Both the position numbers and the translations under genes were made by a program. The notes below the pieces were generated by a model. It made no database searches. It saw only the letters and a program-made list of their open reading frames with translations, and was not told the DNA's origin. Shown in pieces: positions 29,367-39,776 of a DNA stretch of 64,000 nucleotides. Every line of letters begins with the position of its first letter. Positions within the stretch are counted from its first letter, which is position 1. Where the stretch lies: positions 16,260 through 80,259 of the forward strand of contig DATIHN010000019.1 of assembly GCA_035480635.1 (NCBI GenBank), read 5' to 3'. This DNA is from Candidatus Saccharimonadales bacterium. Lineage in GTDB: Bacteria > Patescibacteriota > Saccharimonadia > UBA4664 > DATIHN01.

Positions 29367-29957
29367 TTACTCGACAACCACTTGATCAAGCAGGGTCACT
29401 CTGGTCCAGCAGCCGCTGCCATCGAACTCGATTTTGATTCTGCCTTGCCGCTGCATTTCCGACAATCGGTAACGCAAGTCGTCGGCCGGGATATCGACGA
29501 GCGGTTCGAGTTCTTTGACCAGCACGTCACCTTCGGGCACAAACTGGTGGCCTGGGCAGCTCGCCAGGAATTCGGCGATATCCTTTTGCTTCTGCTCGTT
29601 CCGGACCCGTGTTTCGAACGAATTCGGCCAGGTCGAAGGCTTGCGCGGGGCGGCGGGTTCGGCTTTGGCAGGCTCTGGCTTTGGTGGAGGGAAAACTAAA
29701 TCCGGCATCAAGGTGTAGATCCCAAGACGGTGTCGACCCCCGGATGTTAGTCGGTACCAAGAGTGTCTGCCGTTTGGCACACCTTGGATTAGATCGACCT
29801 CGACTAGGTAGTCAATCGACCTATTTACGTCCACTAGGTCCAAGCCAAGTCTCTGATGGGCGAAGGTGGCAAATGGCATAGGCGGGATTTCCAGCTCATC
29901 CATCTGTGAGTCTTTGATCAAAAACAAAACCAGATTCTGGGTCCGGCTGAGTTGCAT
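29367..29957 (-). CDS. Hypothetical protein, possibly two winged-helix domains
   Basis: YRLTSGG wing-like motif, Pro/Ala linker; GGAG upstream. Confidence 0.55.
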   Translation of the reverse strand: MQLSRTQNLVLFLIKDSQMDELEIPPMPFATFAHQRLGLDLVDVNRSIDYLVEVDLIQGVPNGRHSWYRLTSGGRHRLGIYTLMPDLVFPPPKPEPAKAEPAAPRKPSTWPNSFETRVRNEQKQKDIAEFLASCPGHQFVPEGDVLVKELEPLVDIPADDLRYRLSEMQRQGRIKIEFDGSGCWTRVTLLDQVVVE

Positions 29958-30091
29958 TAAAAACTCCTGCGGTAAGGTAGGTGCGAAGTGGCCTGATTCT
30001 AGCCCAGAGGGATTTAAAAAACAAGGTCTTGACGTTCGGTTTCTGTTTGGCTAATGTTGAATTGAGGGTACAAATAGGTAAGGGGGATTTT

Positions 30092-31465
30092 ATGAAACGT
30101 ATCAGTGCCCTTTCGGCCGCCGTAATTGTTTGCCTGAGCATTAGCCAGTTTGTGCGGGCTGAAGCGACCAATCACATTGTTATTAGCGAACTTCAAACTG
30201 GCTCGTCCGCCAGCGCTAGCCAAGAATTTATTGAACTCTACAATCCGACCAATCAAGCCATCTCGGTTGAAGGCTGGCAGTTGCAATATCGTCCAGCTGG
30301 AGCCACCAGCAGTTGGACTAATCGGACCAGCAGCGGGCTTCACGGCTCGATTGCAGCCAACGGCTATTATCTAATTGCGGCCACAACTTATCTCGCCAGT
30401 GCCGATGCGGCTTTTTCGTCCGGGATGGCCCAAAGCGGTGGTTCAGTTAGGATCGTCGATGGCACCGGACAAGTTATCGACGTTCTCGGTTGGGGGACGG
30501 CTGTTGAATTTGAAGGATCGCCAGCGGCAGCCCCGGCGGCTGGCCAAAGTTTGGAACGCCAGCCGGGTGAGGCCAACCCCAGCGGCGGAAATGGGATTGA
30601 TAGTGATAACAACCAGGCTGATTTCGCCATTCGGCAAAACCCCGAGCCACAGTCAACTGTTAGTGCTATCGAAGTCCCGGGCGATCCAATAACAACACCG
30701 GTTACAAACCCGGGATCATCAACCGATACTGGCTCGACCCCAGCCAGCTCGCCTAGCTCGGTTCTGGGCCAACCCAAAATCAATGAGCTCTTCATCGATC
30801 CAGCCGCACCTTTGACAGACCTGCACGATGAATTCATTGAGCTCTATAATCCCACCCCTAGTCCAATTGATTTAACGGGCTACGTCCTCAAAACCGGGGC
30901 AGATTTTCATGACACCTACACTATCCCCAGTGGCAGTTTGGCGGTCGGCGGATATATAGCGCTCTATTCGACCCAAACCCACTTGAGTCTAACCAATACT
31001 GGCGGGGCAGCCGAATTGCTCGATGCGAGTGGCGGTGTGGTTGACCAAACTGATGTTTATGATGGTTCATTGACCGGCCTGAGCTTTTCAAGATTTGGCG
31101 ATGATTGGCGCTGGAGCACCGCACTTACGCCTGGTGCTGCTAACATTTACGCGGCCGTGCCCAATGCCACCTTGGCTTCGGCCTCTAGCTCAGCTCGAAC
31201 TTCCAGTCGGCGAGCGGCTAGTTCGAGATCGGCGGCTTCCAAAGTTAAGGCCGTTAAAGCCACCAAAGCTCCCAAGGTCGCTGGGCTGTTGGCCGACCAA
31301 CACACTGCCGGGTTGGCCAGTCGGTGGTTGATCATTGGGCTGGCTACCCTTACTATTGGGTACGCAATCTATGAATTCCGCTACGACTTACAAAACCACT
31401 ACACACGGGCCAAGCGAAACTATCGCACTTGGCGAGAAGCTCGGCGCCCGCCTTCAGGGCGGTGA
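30092..31465 (+). CDS. Surface protein with two lamin-tail domains and C-terminal TM
   Basis: Signal peptide; VISE...EFIELYNPT repeated twice; S/T linkers. Confidence 0.85.
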   Translation: MKRISALSAAVIVCLSISQFVRAEATNHIVISELQTGSSASASQEFIELYNPTNQAISVEGWQLQYRPAGATSSWTNRTSSGLHGSIAANGYYLIAATTYLASADAAFSSGMAQSGGSVRIVDGTGQVIDVLGWGTAVEFEGSPAAAPAAGQSLERQPGEANPSGGNGIDSDNNQADFAIRQNPEPQSTVSAIEVPGDPITTPVTNPGSSTDTGSTPASSPSSVLGQPKINELFIDPAAPLTDLHDEFIELYNPTPSPIDLTGYVLKTGADFHDTYTIPSGSLAVGGYIALYSTQTHLSLTNTGGAAELLDASGGVVDQTDVYDGSLTGLSFSRFGDDWRWSTALTPGAANIYAAVPNATLASASSSARTSSRRAASSRSAASKVKAVKATKAPKVAGLLADQHTAGLASRWLIIGLATLTIGYAIYEFRYDLQNHYTRAKRNYRTWREARRPPSGR

Positions 31466-31844
31466 GGTTATTGAGTTAGCTAGTGATCTGGGCGGTGGCA
31501 AAACCACCATGGCTCAGGGCATTGCGAAAGGTTTGGGGTATGACGGTGATATCGTCAGTCCAACCTTTACTATTAGCCGCGTTTATCAATTGTCCCATGG
31601 TCGCGAGTTACAGCACTATGATTTCTACCGATTGGAACCAGATGACATCACTGCCCAAGAACTGGCCGAAGCTGCGGGTGATGAATCTAAAATTGTCATG
31701 ATCGAATGGGCCGGACATGTTGGAGCCAATCTGCCAAAAGATCGGCTCAGCGTCAGCCTAATTGCGCTCAGCGAAACCGATCGCGAAATTACTTTTTCTG
31801 GCAGTGGCCGCTATGCCAAAATCATCAAGGACTTGAAGGCATGA
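31371..31844 (+). CDS. tsaE: tRNA threonylcarbamoyladenosine ATPase TsaE
   Basis: SDLGGGKTT, SPTF, HYDFYRL, IEW. Confidence 0.95.
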   Translation: MNSATTYKTTTHGPSETIALGEKLGARLQGGEVIELASDLGGGKTTMAQGIAKGLGYDGDIVSPTFTISRVYQLSHGRELQHYDFYRLEPDDITAQELAEAAGDESKIVMIEWAGHVGANLPKDRLSVSLIALSETDREITFSGSGRYAKIIKDLKA

Positions 31845-32233
31845 TCTTAATTCTCAAAACGGCCGGTATGGAATGCGAAATTGGTTTGCTTGATGAAACT
31901 GGCCAAAAAATCACTGGCGAAATTTGGCAATCGGGCCGCGAATTATCCGAAGGATTACTGACGCACATTCTAGAGATCATTAAACAAAACCAGGCCAGCA
32001 TTGATGACCTCAGCGGCATCATAGTTTTCGAAGGCCCCGGGTCATTCACCAGCCTTCGCATCGGCCTAAGTGTTGCTAACACCATGGCTTATTCGCAAAA
32101 CCTTCCGATCGTCGGATCAACTGGGAAGAATTGGATTACGGCTGGTTTCACCAAACTCAAATCAGCCAAACCAGGCGATTACGTTATGCCAGCCTACGGC
32201 GCCGAGGCGAATATTACAAAGCCGAGGAAGTGA
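31841..32233 (+). CDS. tsaB: TsaB (short form)
   Basis: GPGSFTSLRIG motif; ATGA overlap with tsaE. Confidence 0.92.
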   Translation: MILILKTAGMECEIGLLDETGQKITGEIWQSGRELSEGLLTHILEIIKQNQASIDDLSGIIVFEGPGSFTSLRIGLSVANTMAYSQNLPIVGSTGKNWITAGFTKLKSAKPGDYVMPAYGAEANITKPRK

Positions 32234-32289
32234 GTTCAATGCACCTATTTTCGCTCGACAAAAAATCGGAACTTCCGGATAATTAAATC

Positions 32290-32802
32290 ATGAGTCCGGA
32301 AGCAGAAAATCCTGGAGATGAAAGGAGATCATCTGCCTGGCAGCAGGTTGGTCGGGAGTTTTATCGTCAAAACCAAGAATTGCTATCAACCCAGCAAACT
32401 CGCCCTCTTGTTGGGAATGATGAACCAGGGGTAGCTGAAGCTATCTATGAAGACCCAAAACTAAGGGAATATACCAAATACCCAGGTACTATCGCCGAAT
32501 TTAGTAATCGGCTGGGTCAACCCTGCTCCGTAGAAAAACGTCAAGCGGTCTCCCCAGATTTAATCGATGCATTAGAGTTTAGTGTCTATAGCGATTCCGA
32601 TGCAGAAGGCGCTGGTGATTGGATCGATGCCTATTTGATCAGTCCAAGCGGCCAAATCCTTGCCGCCGAACACCGTCTAGCAACGTCTGATAATGCCGAT
32701 TATGAATTTAGCCCAATTCCAATTCATCTTGAAGAACTACTTTTTAAAATCCAAACTGAGTTTAGGCCGTCGCCGGAATCAACAGCCCAAAAAGACGATT
32801 GA
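32290..32802 (+). CDS. Hypothetical protein
   Basis: 170-aa ORF filling the gap. Confidence 0.6.
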   Translation: MSPEAENPGDERRSSAWQQVGREFYRQNQELLSTQQTRPLVGNDEPGVAEAIYEDPKLREYTKYPGTIAEFSNRLGQPCSVEKRQAVSPDLIDALEFSVYSDSDAEGAGDWIDAYLISPSGQILAAEHRLATSDNADYEFSPIPIHLEELLFKIQTEFRPSPESTAQKDD

Positions 32803-32966
32803 CCCACTTGAAAGTTTGGACGTAAACTAGAGCTACAGTCACACGTTGATTAATTCCTTATCGGTCCGCTGTTAGTATCATTTGGCTGTTCAACTACGGT
32901 ATTTCAACTTTATCTCAATCATTCCCCTAATGGCGGTCTATTTCGGAACGGAAAGCAGGTTAATAT

Positions 32967-34484
32967 ATGCTACCCCTATTTGTGGTAGCGGCGCTGGCTG
33001 CTGGTGGAGCAACCGGCTACGCTACGAATATCGCTATCAATAAAAACAAAAGCAATACGGCTGATAGCAAAGCCAAAAAAATTCTAGACGAAGCTCAGGC
33101 CAAAGCCAAAGAAACCACCCTCGAGGCCAAGACCGATGCTATTAAAATTGCCGAAGCCGCCAAGCGGGAAGAAAGCGAACGTCGCAAGCAATTGATCGAA
33201 ACTGAAAATCGGTTGAGCTCGCGCGAAACCACGTTAGATAAAAAGCTGGAGGAACTCGACCGCCGGGCCGAAGGCTTGCGCCAACGCGAAACCGACATCG
33301 AGGAACTCAAAGATGAGATCCGGACGATTCGGACTAAACAGCAGGAGAATTTGGAAAAAATTGCCAAACTCAAGCGCGAAGAGGCTAGAGACAAGTTGAT
33401 GCAGATGACGGAGCGCGATATCAAGGCCGACTTGGTTGGCTTGGTCGATAAATTAAGAGGCGAAGCACAGGCTGAAGCCGATGATAACGCTCGGGTCATC
33501 GTGACCACCGCCATGGAGCGCATTGCTGGTGATCTGACTTCGGAGCGGACGGTGACGGCCGTGGAACTTCCCAGCGAGGAAATGAAGGGCCGCGTTATTG
33601 GCAAAGAGGGCCGCAACATTCAGGCCTTTGAGCGAGCCACTGGCGTTGATGTCATCATCGATGAAACGCCCGGTGCCATTATTCTTTCTAGCTTTGATCC
33701 GCTGCGCCGCCAAGTTGCGCGCATTGCGCTGGAAAAATTGCTCCAAGATGGGCGGATCCATCCGGCTCGGATCGAAGAAGTCGTTCAAAAGGCCGAAGCC
33801 GAAGTCGATAAGATAGTCAAAGAGGCCGGCGAAAAGGCTTTGAAGGAAACCGGTGTAGTCGGTGTACCGCCAGAACTAGTTCAATTACTCGGTCAGCTCA
33901 AATTTAGAACTTCGTTTAGCCAAAATGTCCTGCAACATTCTATCGAGATGTCGCAACTGGCTGGCATTATTGCCACAGAAGTTGGAGCCGATGTGCGTAT
34001 AACCAAAACAGCCGCCCTGTTGCACGATATCGGCAAGGCTTTGACGCATGAAATTGAAGGCAAGCATCACCACATCTCTGGCACCATGATCCGCAAATAC
34101 GGAATGGATGAAGTTATTGCCCACGCCGCCGAGGCCCACCATGATGATATCGATGCCACTACGCCCGAGGCCATGATTGTCCGGGTGGTTGATGCCATTT
34201 CGGCTGGTCGCCCCGGTGCCCGCGGCGATACGCTCGAAAACTATGCCAAGCGTATGACGGAGCTGGAAAACTTGGCCAATACCTTCCCTGGCATCAACAA
34301 AAGCTATGCCGTTTCGGCTGGGCGCGAAATCCGCATTATCGTGACCCCTGAGGAAATCGACGATCTCCAAGCTATCAAACTAGCTCGCGACATCGCCACC
34401 AAGATCGAAGCCACTCTGAAGTATCCTGGTACCATCAAAGTCAATGTCATCCGTGAAACTAGAGCCACCGAGTTCGCCAAATAA
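32967..34484 (+). CDS. rny: Ribonuclease Y
   Basis: N-terminal TM, coiled coil, KH (KGRVIGKEGRNI), HD (LLHDIGK). Confidence 0.98.
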   Translation: MLPLFVVAALAAGGATGYATNIAINKNKSNTADSKAKKILDEAQAKAKETTLEAKTDAIKIAEAAKREESERRKQLIETENRLSSRETTLDKKLEELDRRAEGLRQRETDIEELKDEIRTIRTKQQENLEKIAKLKREEARDKLMQMTERDIKADLVGLVDKLRGEAQAEADDNARVIVTTAMERIAGDLTSERTVTAVELPSEEMKGRVIGKEGRNIQAFERATGVDVIIDETPGAIILSSFDPLRRQVARIALEKLLQDGRIHPARIEEVVQKAEAEVDKIVKEAGEKALKETGVVGVPPELVQLLGQLKFRTSFSQNVLQHSIEMSQLAGIIATEVGADVRITKTAALLHDIGKALTHEIEGKHHHISGTMIRKYGMDEVIAHAAEAHHDDIDATTPEAMIVRVVDAISAGRPGARGDTLENYAKRMTELENLANTFPGINKSYAVSAGREIRIIVTPEEIDDLQAIKLARDIATKIEATLKYPGTIKVNVIRETRATEFAK

Positions 34485-34611
34485 GAGCTTGGATATTTGT
34501 GCATTCGGCTAGAATCGGCCTGAGATAGCAGTTTTTTATGTATTTTCAAGGCTTGTATTAAAACCAGCTCGGGATTACACTACAAAATCGTAATAGGAGC
34601 ACAATAAAGCT

Positions 34612-34884
34612 ATGACAAAGCACGAATTGATTGATAACCTCTCACGCGAAACTGGTATGACTAAGCGTCAGGTAGAGGATGTGGTCGCCAAGTTAACAGG
34701 CATTATTAGCCGGACTATCAAGGGTGGCGAAAAGGTCTCCATTACTGGTTTTGGTACCTTTGATTTAGGCAAACGGGCCGCACGCCGAGGTGTTAATCCG
34801 CAGACTGGGGGCGAAATTCGCATTCCGGAGATGCCAATGCCTCGCTTTCGGGCTGGCAAACGTCTAAAAGAAATAGTGCGTTAA
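34612..34884 (+). CDS. hup: Histone-like DNA-binding protein HU
   Basis: GFGTF, RRGVNPQTG, PRFRAGK. Confidence 0.96.
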   Translation: MTKHELIDNLSRETGMTKRQVEDVVAKLTGIISRTIKGGEKVSITGFGTFDLGKRAARRGVNPQTGGEIRIPEMPMPRFRAGKRLKEIVR

Positions 34885-34898
34885 GACTAAACAACTCT

Positions 34899-34934
34899 CA
34901 CAAAAACACCCGTCAAATCCGGCGGGTTTTTTGT
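34899..34934 (+). terminator. Intrinsic terminator after hup
   Basis: ACCCGTC...GGCGGGT hairpin with T tract. Confidence 0.7.
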
Positions 34935-35052
34935 ATTGTCAAACAATTATGTTAGGCGTAAGCTAGCGATGAGCACTTTGAGTGGGGAAAAAGAATAGCC
35001 AGTAAGTTGCTTCAAAGTTCAACGTCTGACTCTAGTGAGTTGGAGGTGCCCT

Positions 35053-35238
35053 ATGTGGCAGGACCGAAATCGCAAGCCAATCTGGCAAATGTCTCCTGAG
35101 GAGCGCCGGGCTGAGGCCCATCGACGCGAGGAAGTCAGGTCAAGCCCGGCGACCGCTCATCGATTCACTTCAGTCGTTTTGAGTGACATCGATGCCGCAC
35201 TGAGCGAATCGAAGGTGGTGACTGCGCTCGAGTTCTAA
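35053..35238 (+). CDS. Small hypothetical protein
   Basis: GGAGGT SD before ATG. Confidence 0.5.
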   Translation: MWQDRNRKPIWQMSPEERRAEAHRREEVRSSPATAHRFTSVVLSDIDAALSESKVVTALEF

Positions 35239-35338
35239 TCACCCCGAGTCATAATCAGCCGGCAGGCCAAACAACGAAACAGGGCGAGGACTTGATTGTC
35301 CTCGCCCTTAAGCGTTCTCGTTTTTGTTTTCGGCGCCG

Positions 35339-35671
35339 TTAGTTCGATTCGTGTCTGGTTGCTTGCACCATCGGAAGAACCGCTCGGCCTGGAATGACTC
35401 GGTAGAACCTGGTTAGCTCGGAGATACTCACCCACCGCCCGAGCCCAGATTGACCAAGCTCAAGCAGTACAATGGTGTGATCTTTCTCGCGCCGGAAATC
35501 CGCCAGTCGGTAGACCCTGCTGTCGTGGAGTCTCTGAACCAAGCAATTGATCCCGAAGCCCAGTCCAGCAGCTTCAGTAACTGGCATTTCACGCACGTCG
35601 AAGACGGTGCGTCGATCTAGCCAATCCCGATCGTGGAGTAGTGGGTCGTGCACGAGCAACGAGATTGTCAT
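35339..35671 (-). CDS. Hypothetical protein
   Basis: GGAG SD; TTGACA promoter about 80 nt upstream. Confidence 0.55.
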   Translation of the reverse strand: MTISLLVHDPLLHDRDWLDRRTVFDVREMPVTEAAGLGFGINCLVQRLHDSRVYRLADFRREKDHTIVLLELGQSGLGRWVSISELTRFYRVIPGRAVLPMVQATRHESN

Positions 35672-35769
35672 TGCTTGCTCCAGTCATTGATGAGAACTTG
35701 AAACCGCTTATGCAGTCTCATAACTCCACTATCCCACTAATTATTTATTTGTCAATACATAAAGCTATT

Positions 35770-36984
35770 TTAGCTAGCTGGCCCAGCCACAAAGGTTAGG
35801 GCATGGCCGCGGTGGCCAGCTCGGCCAGTCCGGCCGATGCGATGAATGTAGTCCTCATAGGTGGTTGGTTGATCGAAGTTGATAACGTGGCTGACTTGTG
35901 GGATATCGAGCCCCCGCGCGGCCACATCCGTTGCCACTAAGATAGAGGTGCGACCATCCTTAAAGGCCTGTAAGGCTCGTTGGCGCTGAGGCTGAGATTT
36001 ATTACCGTGAATGGCTTCAGCCTTAAAGCCCTGCCCGGCCAGATTATCAGCTAGACGTTGAACGCTCCATTTGGTTTGGCCAAATATCAAGACTTTATCG
36101 AAATCTGGTTGGGCCAAAAGGCCTTGTAGAATCCGAATCTTTTCGTCCTTAGACCCAGCCCGAATAATATTTTGCTCCACGTGGTCACTTGTTTCGCTGG
36201 TGCGAACCGAAATAACCACTGGATCAACCAGCATCTGATCGATCAAACGGCGGATGTCGGCTGGAATAGTAGCGCTAAAGCAATACGACTGCCGTTTGGC
36301 TGGCAAGCGGTCCAGCAAGAATCGAATATCATGGATAAAGCCCATATCGAGCATCCTATCGGCTTCATCCAGCACCAAGATGCCCACGCTACCCAGCTTT
36401 AGGGCGTGCTGATTGTAGAGATCCTTTAAGCGGCCGGGCGTACCAACCACGACTTGCGGCCCCTGCCTCAATTGGCTAACTTGCCGATTGATACCTGCAC
36501 CACCAACTATCAAGGCCGAATAGAGCCTGAGTCCCCGAGCAAAGGCCCTAAATTCCTCATCGATTTGAATGGCTAGTTCACGGGTTGGCGCAATAATCAA
36601 AGCGGTTTGGTTCGGTTGATGCTTGAGGGCCTGGATAATTGGCAACACAAAGGCCGCCGTTTTGCCGGTACCGGTGTTGGCAATGCCAATAATATCGCGC
36701 CCGGCTAGCGCCGGTTTGATGGCACCGTCTTGAATTGGGGTTGGGATGCTAAAACCGCGTTCGGCAATGGTGCGCTCAAGCTCTGGCATTAAACCAAAGT
36801 CATTAAAGGTGTGGGTGGGCACAAACTCCGCTTGGTCGGCCGGCTGGGCGGCTTGGTTGATAAAGCGTTGGGGGTCAATATATTGTCCGGCGCGTTGAGG
36901 CCGGTTGTTGCCGCCATGGCGGGAGTTGCGAAAAACCTTGTTGCCCCGCTGGCTAACGGGTTTAGCGAATGAACTTTTGCTCAT
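35770..36984 (-). CDS. DEAD-box RNA helicase
   Basis: Q motif, TGTGKT, PTRELA, DEAD, SAT, HRIGRTGRAG. Confidence 0.97.
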   Translation of the reverse strand: MSKSSFAKPVSQRGNKVFRNSRHGGNNRPQRAGQYIDPQRFINQAAQPADQAEFVPTHTFNDFGLMPELERTIAERGFSIPTPIQDGAIKPALAGRDIIGIANTGTGKTAAFVLPIIQALKHQPNQTALIIAPTRELAIQIDEEFRAFARGLRLYSALIVGGAGINRQVSQLRQGPQVVVGTPGRLKDLYNQHALKLGSVGILVLDEADRMLDMGFIHDIRFLLDRLPAKRQSYCFSATIPADIRRLIDQMLVDPVVISVRTSETSDHVEQNIIRAGSKDEKIRILQGLLAQPDFDKVLIFGQTKWSVQRLADNLAGQGFKAEAIHGNKSQPQRQRALQAFKDGRTSILVATDVAARGLDIPQVSHVINFDQPTTYEDYIHRIGRTGRAGHRGHALTFVAGPAS

Positions 36985-37047
36985 GAATACCTTTCTATTA
37001 GATCTAGCTGATGAACGGCGAGATCTAGTAGATATACTCGGTATTCA
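36984..37047 (-). promoter_or_regulatory. 5' UTR hairpin occluding the helicase RBS
   Basis: TGAATACC/GGTATTCA and TCTATTAGATCT/AGATCTAGTAGA inverted arms cover GAAAGG and the first base of ATG. Confidence 0.6.
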
Positions 37048-37159
37048 CCCAAAGTTGCTATACAAGAATTAACTATAACATACAAGATCATCTTTGTCTA
37101 TAAGTCTTTTAGTGTGATGTGCCTACTTTTTGACCTAACCCAGTGCTAAACTACTAATT

Positions 37160-37966
37160 ATGACTCAAGTAAAGCTATATTCTTGGAACGTTAATGGTAT
37201 AAGAGCGGTTATTCGCAAAGAATCGCTGACCGAGTTCTTTGCCCGTCACCAACCTGATATTTTATGCTTGCAGGAAACAAAGGTTGGCAAGGATGCGGTT
37301 GAAGTTGAAACCCCTGGTTATGAGCAATACTGGAACTCAGCCGCCAAACCCGGTTATTCTGGCACCGCTATCTTTTCTAAAACCAAGCCCCTCAAAGTTA
37401 CCAATGGATTCCCCGAAGGTTTTGCTAGCAAATACAACTTTGTCGATCATGAGACCCGTGATGCGGCCGGTGAAGGTCGAGTAATCGCGGCCGAATTTGA
37501 TAAATTTTACGTCGTCACCGTCTACACCCCGAATGCCAAGGACGATTTGAGTCGAATCCCCCTGCGCCATGAGCATTGGGACCCAGCCTTTTTGGCCTAC
37601 TGCCAAGAGCTCGAAAAAACCAAGCCGGTGGTTTTTTGCGGTGACCTGAACGTCGCTCATACCCCCGATGACTTAGCTAGACCCAAGGAAAACGAGGGCA
37701 AAAAAGGCTTTACGGCTGAGGAGCGTGAGGGTTTTGACAAGTTTGAAGCAGCGGGCTTTATTGATACCTTTCGGCTCTTTACACAGGGCAACGGTTTCTA
37801 CACCTGGTGGAGCGCCTGGGGTGGTGCCCGTGAACGTAATGTCGGCTGGCGGATCGATTACTTTATGGCTTCCAAACAACTCAAAGACAAAGTGATAGAA
37901 GCCGATATCCACCCCGACATTATGGGATCCGACCATTGCCCGATCAGCGTAACCCTGGATCTTTAA
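37160..37966 (+). CDS. xth: Exodeoxyribonuclease III / AP endonuclease
   Basis: SWNVNGIR, LQETK, GDLNVAH, GWRIDY, SDHCP. Confidence 0.96.
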   Translation: MTQVKLYSWNVNGIRAVIRKESLTEFFARHQPDILCLQETKVGKDAVEVETPGYEQYWNSAAKPGYSGTAIFSKTKPLKVTNGFPEGFASKYNFVDHETRDAAGEGRVIAAEFDKFYVVTVYTPNAKDDLSRIPLRHEHWDPAFLAYCQELEKTKPVVFCGDLNVAHTPDDLARPKENEGKKGFTAEEREGFDKFEAAGFIDTFRLFTQGNGFYTWWSAWGGARERNVGWRIDYFMASKQLKDKVIEADIHPDIMGSDHCPISVTLDL

Positions 37967-37976
37967 GGAGGAAATC

Positions 37977-38378
37977 ATGAAACTCAAAGGCGCATCCGGC
38001 TATTCCTACTACGTTAGTGATCTGGATAAGACGGCGGACTTTTACACTAAGCTTGGGTTACAAATTAAGGAACGCACCGATAATCGCATCGTCATCTACC
38101 TCAACTGGTATCGCATCGACTTAGTCAAAGCTGGTCCCGAAGATTACGCCGAATTTCGTGACGAGGCTGATAAGGGCGACAAGGGCGCCGGAGTCTTCCT
38201 CTACTTTAATGTTGATGACGTTGATGCAACTTATAAGGAGCTGGCCGATGCCGGTATCAAACCGGCCACCGAACCGGCCGACCAGCCCTGGGGTAACCGC
38301 GAATTCGTGATATTGGATCCGGATGGTTATAAACTTGTCATATTCAAACGCAAAGCCGCTAAGAATCCGTTGAATTAA
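37977..38378 (+). CDS. VOC/glyoxalase family protein
   Basis: DLDKTADFY, QPWGNREF, DPDG. Confidence 0.88.
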   Translation: MKLKGASGYSYYVSDLDKTADFYTKLGLQIKERTDNRIVIYLNWYRIDLVKAGPEDYAEFRDEADKGDKGAGVFLYFNVDDVDATYKELADAGIKPATEPADQPWGNREFVILDPDGYKLVIFKRKAAKNPLN

Positions 38379-38434
38379 TAAGCAAACGCCCGCCGACCTC
38401 ATAGATCGACATGGCGTCTACTAAAGTCAGCGGG

Positions 38435-38767
38435 CTACCCCTTAATCGGCTTCCAGTGTGAGGGAGCTCTCCCATCGATCATGCTGAGAGCTTCTTTGAG
38501 CACCTTTTGATCATCGATGAGCACTCGCAAGTATTTCTTAACCCCCAGCTTTTTTACCCGTCTCATTGGAGTGATGCCGAATGGGTTGAGAAACCCGGAG
38601 CATGCCAGACCCAGGGCAAATGCGATCTCCTGTCCATTGAACTCTCGTCCGGCCCACCCGAGAACGACTGGGTAGAGACGCTCGACTCGTGCACTGTCGT
38701 CTGAGACACTCAGCAATCGCTCGAGCATTTCATCGCGATCAGGAAGCGTAACCTTTTGATCGGACAT
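38435..38767 (-). CDS. Hypothetical protein
   Basis: GGAGGA SD; TTGACT-17-TAAGGT upstream. Confidence 0.6.
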   Translation of the reverse strand: MSDQKVTLPDRDEMLERLLSVSDDSARVERLYPVVLGWAGREFNGQEIAFALGLACSGFLNPFGITPMRRVKKLGVKKYLRVLIDDQKVLKEALSMIDGRAPSHWKPIKG

Positions 38768-38860
38768 TATTCCTCCAGAGCAGGGGATGAACGCCGCAAC
38801 CTTACCATATGTAGCCAACTTAGTCAATCTGGTCCAACACGTAATCGTTCTTGAGTTAAA

Positions 38861-39766
38861 ATGATTTCAGTGCTCGAATTTAGAAACCTAGGTAAAGATG
38901 TTCCTATAGCCCCCTTTACGACTTATCAAATTGGTGGGCCAGCTGACTATTTCATCACCGCAAATTCGAAATCTGAGTTGGCTGAAGCCGTTTCATCCGC
39001 TCGCAATGAAAATATGCCGTATTTTATCCTCGGAACGGGAGCTAACATCCTGGTTGGAGATAAAGGCTTTCGTGGGCTGGTTATTCACAATCAGGCTAAG
39101 TCTTTTCATTTTGATGATAACTTGCTGATTGCCGAAAGCGGCTGCGTTATAACCGATTTGATAACGGAATCGGTTAAAAAAGGACTTTCCGGTTTGGAAC
39201 ATTTTGCGGGAATTCCGAGTAGCGTTGGTGGGGCAATTTGGCAAAATCTTCATTTTCTGGCGCCTGACCGCAAGAGCACTATCTTTATTGGTCAGTTTAT
39301 TAAATCTGCTGATATTCTTGACCGAACAGGCGAAGTCCATACAGTCGGCAACGATTTCTTTCAGTTTGGGTATGATGACAGCATTCTTCACCACCAAGAA
39401 ATCGCGGTGCTTGATGTAACTTTTGCCCTGGACTCAAAACCCTCCACACAAATCGAAGAACGGGTTATAGCCAACTTAGCTTGGCGAAGCAAAAAACAGC
39501 CTCAACTAAGCGAATATCCGTCATGCGGTTCAGTTTTCAAAAAAATCGAAGGCGTAGGGGCCGGGCGGTTAATTGATAAGGCCGGACTTAAGAACAAACA
39601 AATCGGTGGGGCCGCAGTCTCTAGTAAACACACCAATTACATAGTCAATAAAGCCAATGCCACAGCCGCTGATGTTCGCAAATTAATCTCGATCGTCCAA
39701 AGTGAAGTGAAGCGGGATAGCGGTTATAACCTGGAGCCGGAGATTAGCTTCATAGGCGAATTTTAG
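38861..39766 (+). CDS. murB: UDP-N-acetylenolpyruvoylglucosamine reductase
   Basis: IGGPA, GTGANIL, GIPSSVGG, SCGSVFK, HTNYIVN, LEPE. Confidence 0.95.
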   Translation: MISVLEFRNLGKDVPIAPFTTYQIGGPADYFITANSKSELAEAVSSARNENMPYFILGTGANILVGDKGFRGLVIHNQAKSFHFDDNLLIAESGCVITDLITESVKKGLSGLEHFAGIPSSVGGAIWQNLHFLAPDRKSTIFIGQFIKSADILDRTGEVHTVGNDFFQFGYDDSILHHQEIAVLDVTFALDSKPSTQIEERVIANLAWRSKKQPQLSEYPSCGSVFKKIEGVGAGRLIDKAGLKNKQIGGAAVSSKHTNYIVNKANATAADVRKLISIVQSEVKRDSGYNLEPEISFIGEF

Positions 39767-39776
39767 TACTTATAAA

